Part shown: in pieces, positions 63,496 to 64,000 of the stretch | Position numbering within the stretch: the stretch's first letter is position 1 | Layout of the letters: the number at the start of each line of letters is the position of its first letter | Translations under genes and position numbers: made by a program | Notes under the pieces: generated by a model | Databases searched by the model: none | Seen by the model: the letters and a program-made list of their open reading frames with translations, nothing else | Told to the model about the DNA's origin: nothing | From: Malacoraja senta | Lineage: Eukaryota | Direction: 5' to 3' | DNA: 64,000 bases | NCBI GenBank assembly: GCA_038087875.1 | Contig: CM075988.1 | Coordinates: forward strand, 6,822,001-6,886,000

Positions 63496-64000
63496 CTACT
63501 TTTATCAAAACTAGTCTTGACACGATGACACCCCCTTGGAAACCTACCCAAAGTGGCCCACAGTCCCATGCACAGAGCAAACTTGGTTCCCATTACATTG
63601 GATCCACCCCTGGTGTTTTCAAATCCTCATTCTTGTAATCCCTCCAAACTCACTGTCGCTTTCATTTCCATTCCTAGGGATCTTCCCCGCCTCAATCCCC
63701 CCAGTTCTGTACATCTACAACTTGGATAACTGCAAAAACGAGGACTCGTTTGCTTCTGTCTTTCCCGTCCCTGTGAACCCACCTCTTTGCCCAAGCGTGT
63801 GGTTTTCACTCATGATATTTCCTGGTGTGGCTCGGAGACAGATTTTGTAACAACCCTCCCTTTAAAAAAAAAAAAAAAAACTGCCGCGTGGATGTGTTTT
63901 CCTGGTCAGTTTGAAACGAGGAAATGCCCCCTTGAGTGGTGTGGTGTGGTGAGGTGGGGGAGAGGCCGGGGCATGGGTGCAGGGAACCGGCCGGGAGCGA

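Overview
This is vertebrate genomic DNA, most likely a cartilaginous fish (skate/ray-like), inferred from dense HE1-type V-SINEs and CR1 LINEs sharing their tail. It is dominated by transposable elements and has one 200-N gap. The only confidently recognisable protein-coding gene is a minus-strand FEZ/UNC-76 family gene: first coding exon 21422-21079, a 100-nt exon at 4763-4664 joined in phase across a ~16.3 kb intron, and the rest presumably beyond the left edge. Its sequence mixes FEZ1-like and FEZ2-like features. Repeats include ~24 tRNA-derived SINE copies, CR1, Rex1, L2 and L1/Tx1 LINE relics, a twin-primed (5'-inverted) Ingi/Vingi-like LINE with a 12-bp TSD, five complete plus one partial PIF/Harbinger-type MITEs with different bodies but shared TIR tips, and many Penelope-like pieces. 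The most striking signal is the Penelope-derived material: short, often palindromic cassettes carrying a minimal hammerhead-ribozyme core (CUGAAGA-A-GGG..CCC-GAAAC-GUC), several inserted as discrete units with 11-16 bp target-site duplications. Family names come from recalled motifs, not database searches. Coordinates of degenerate repeats are approximate.
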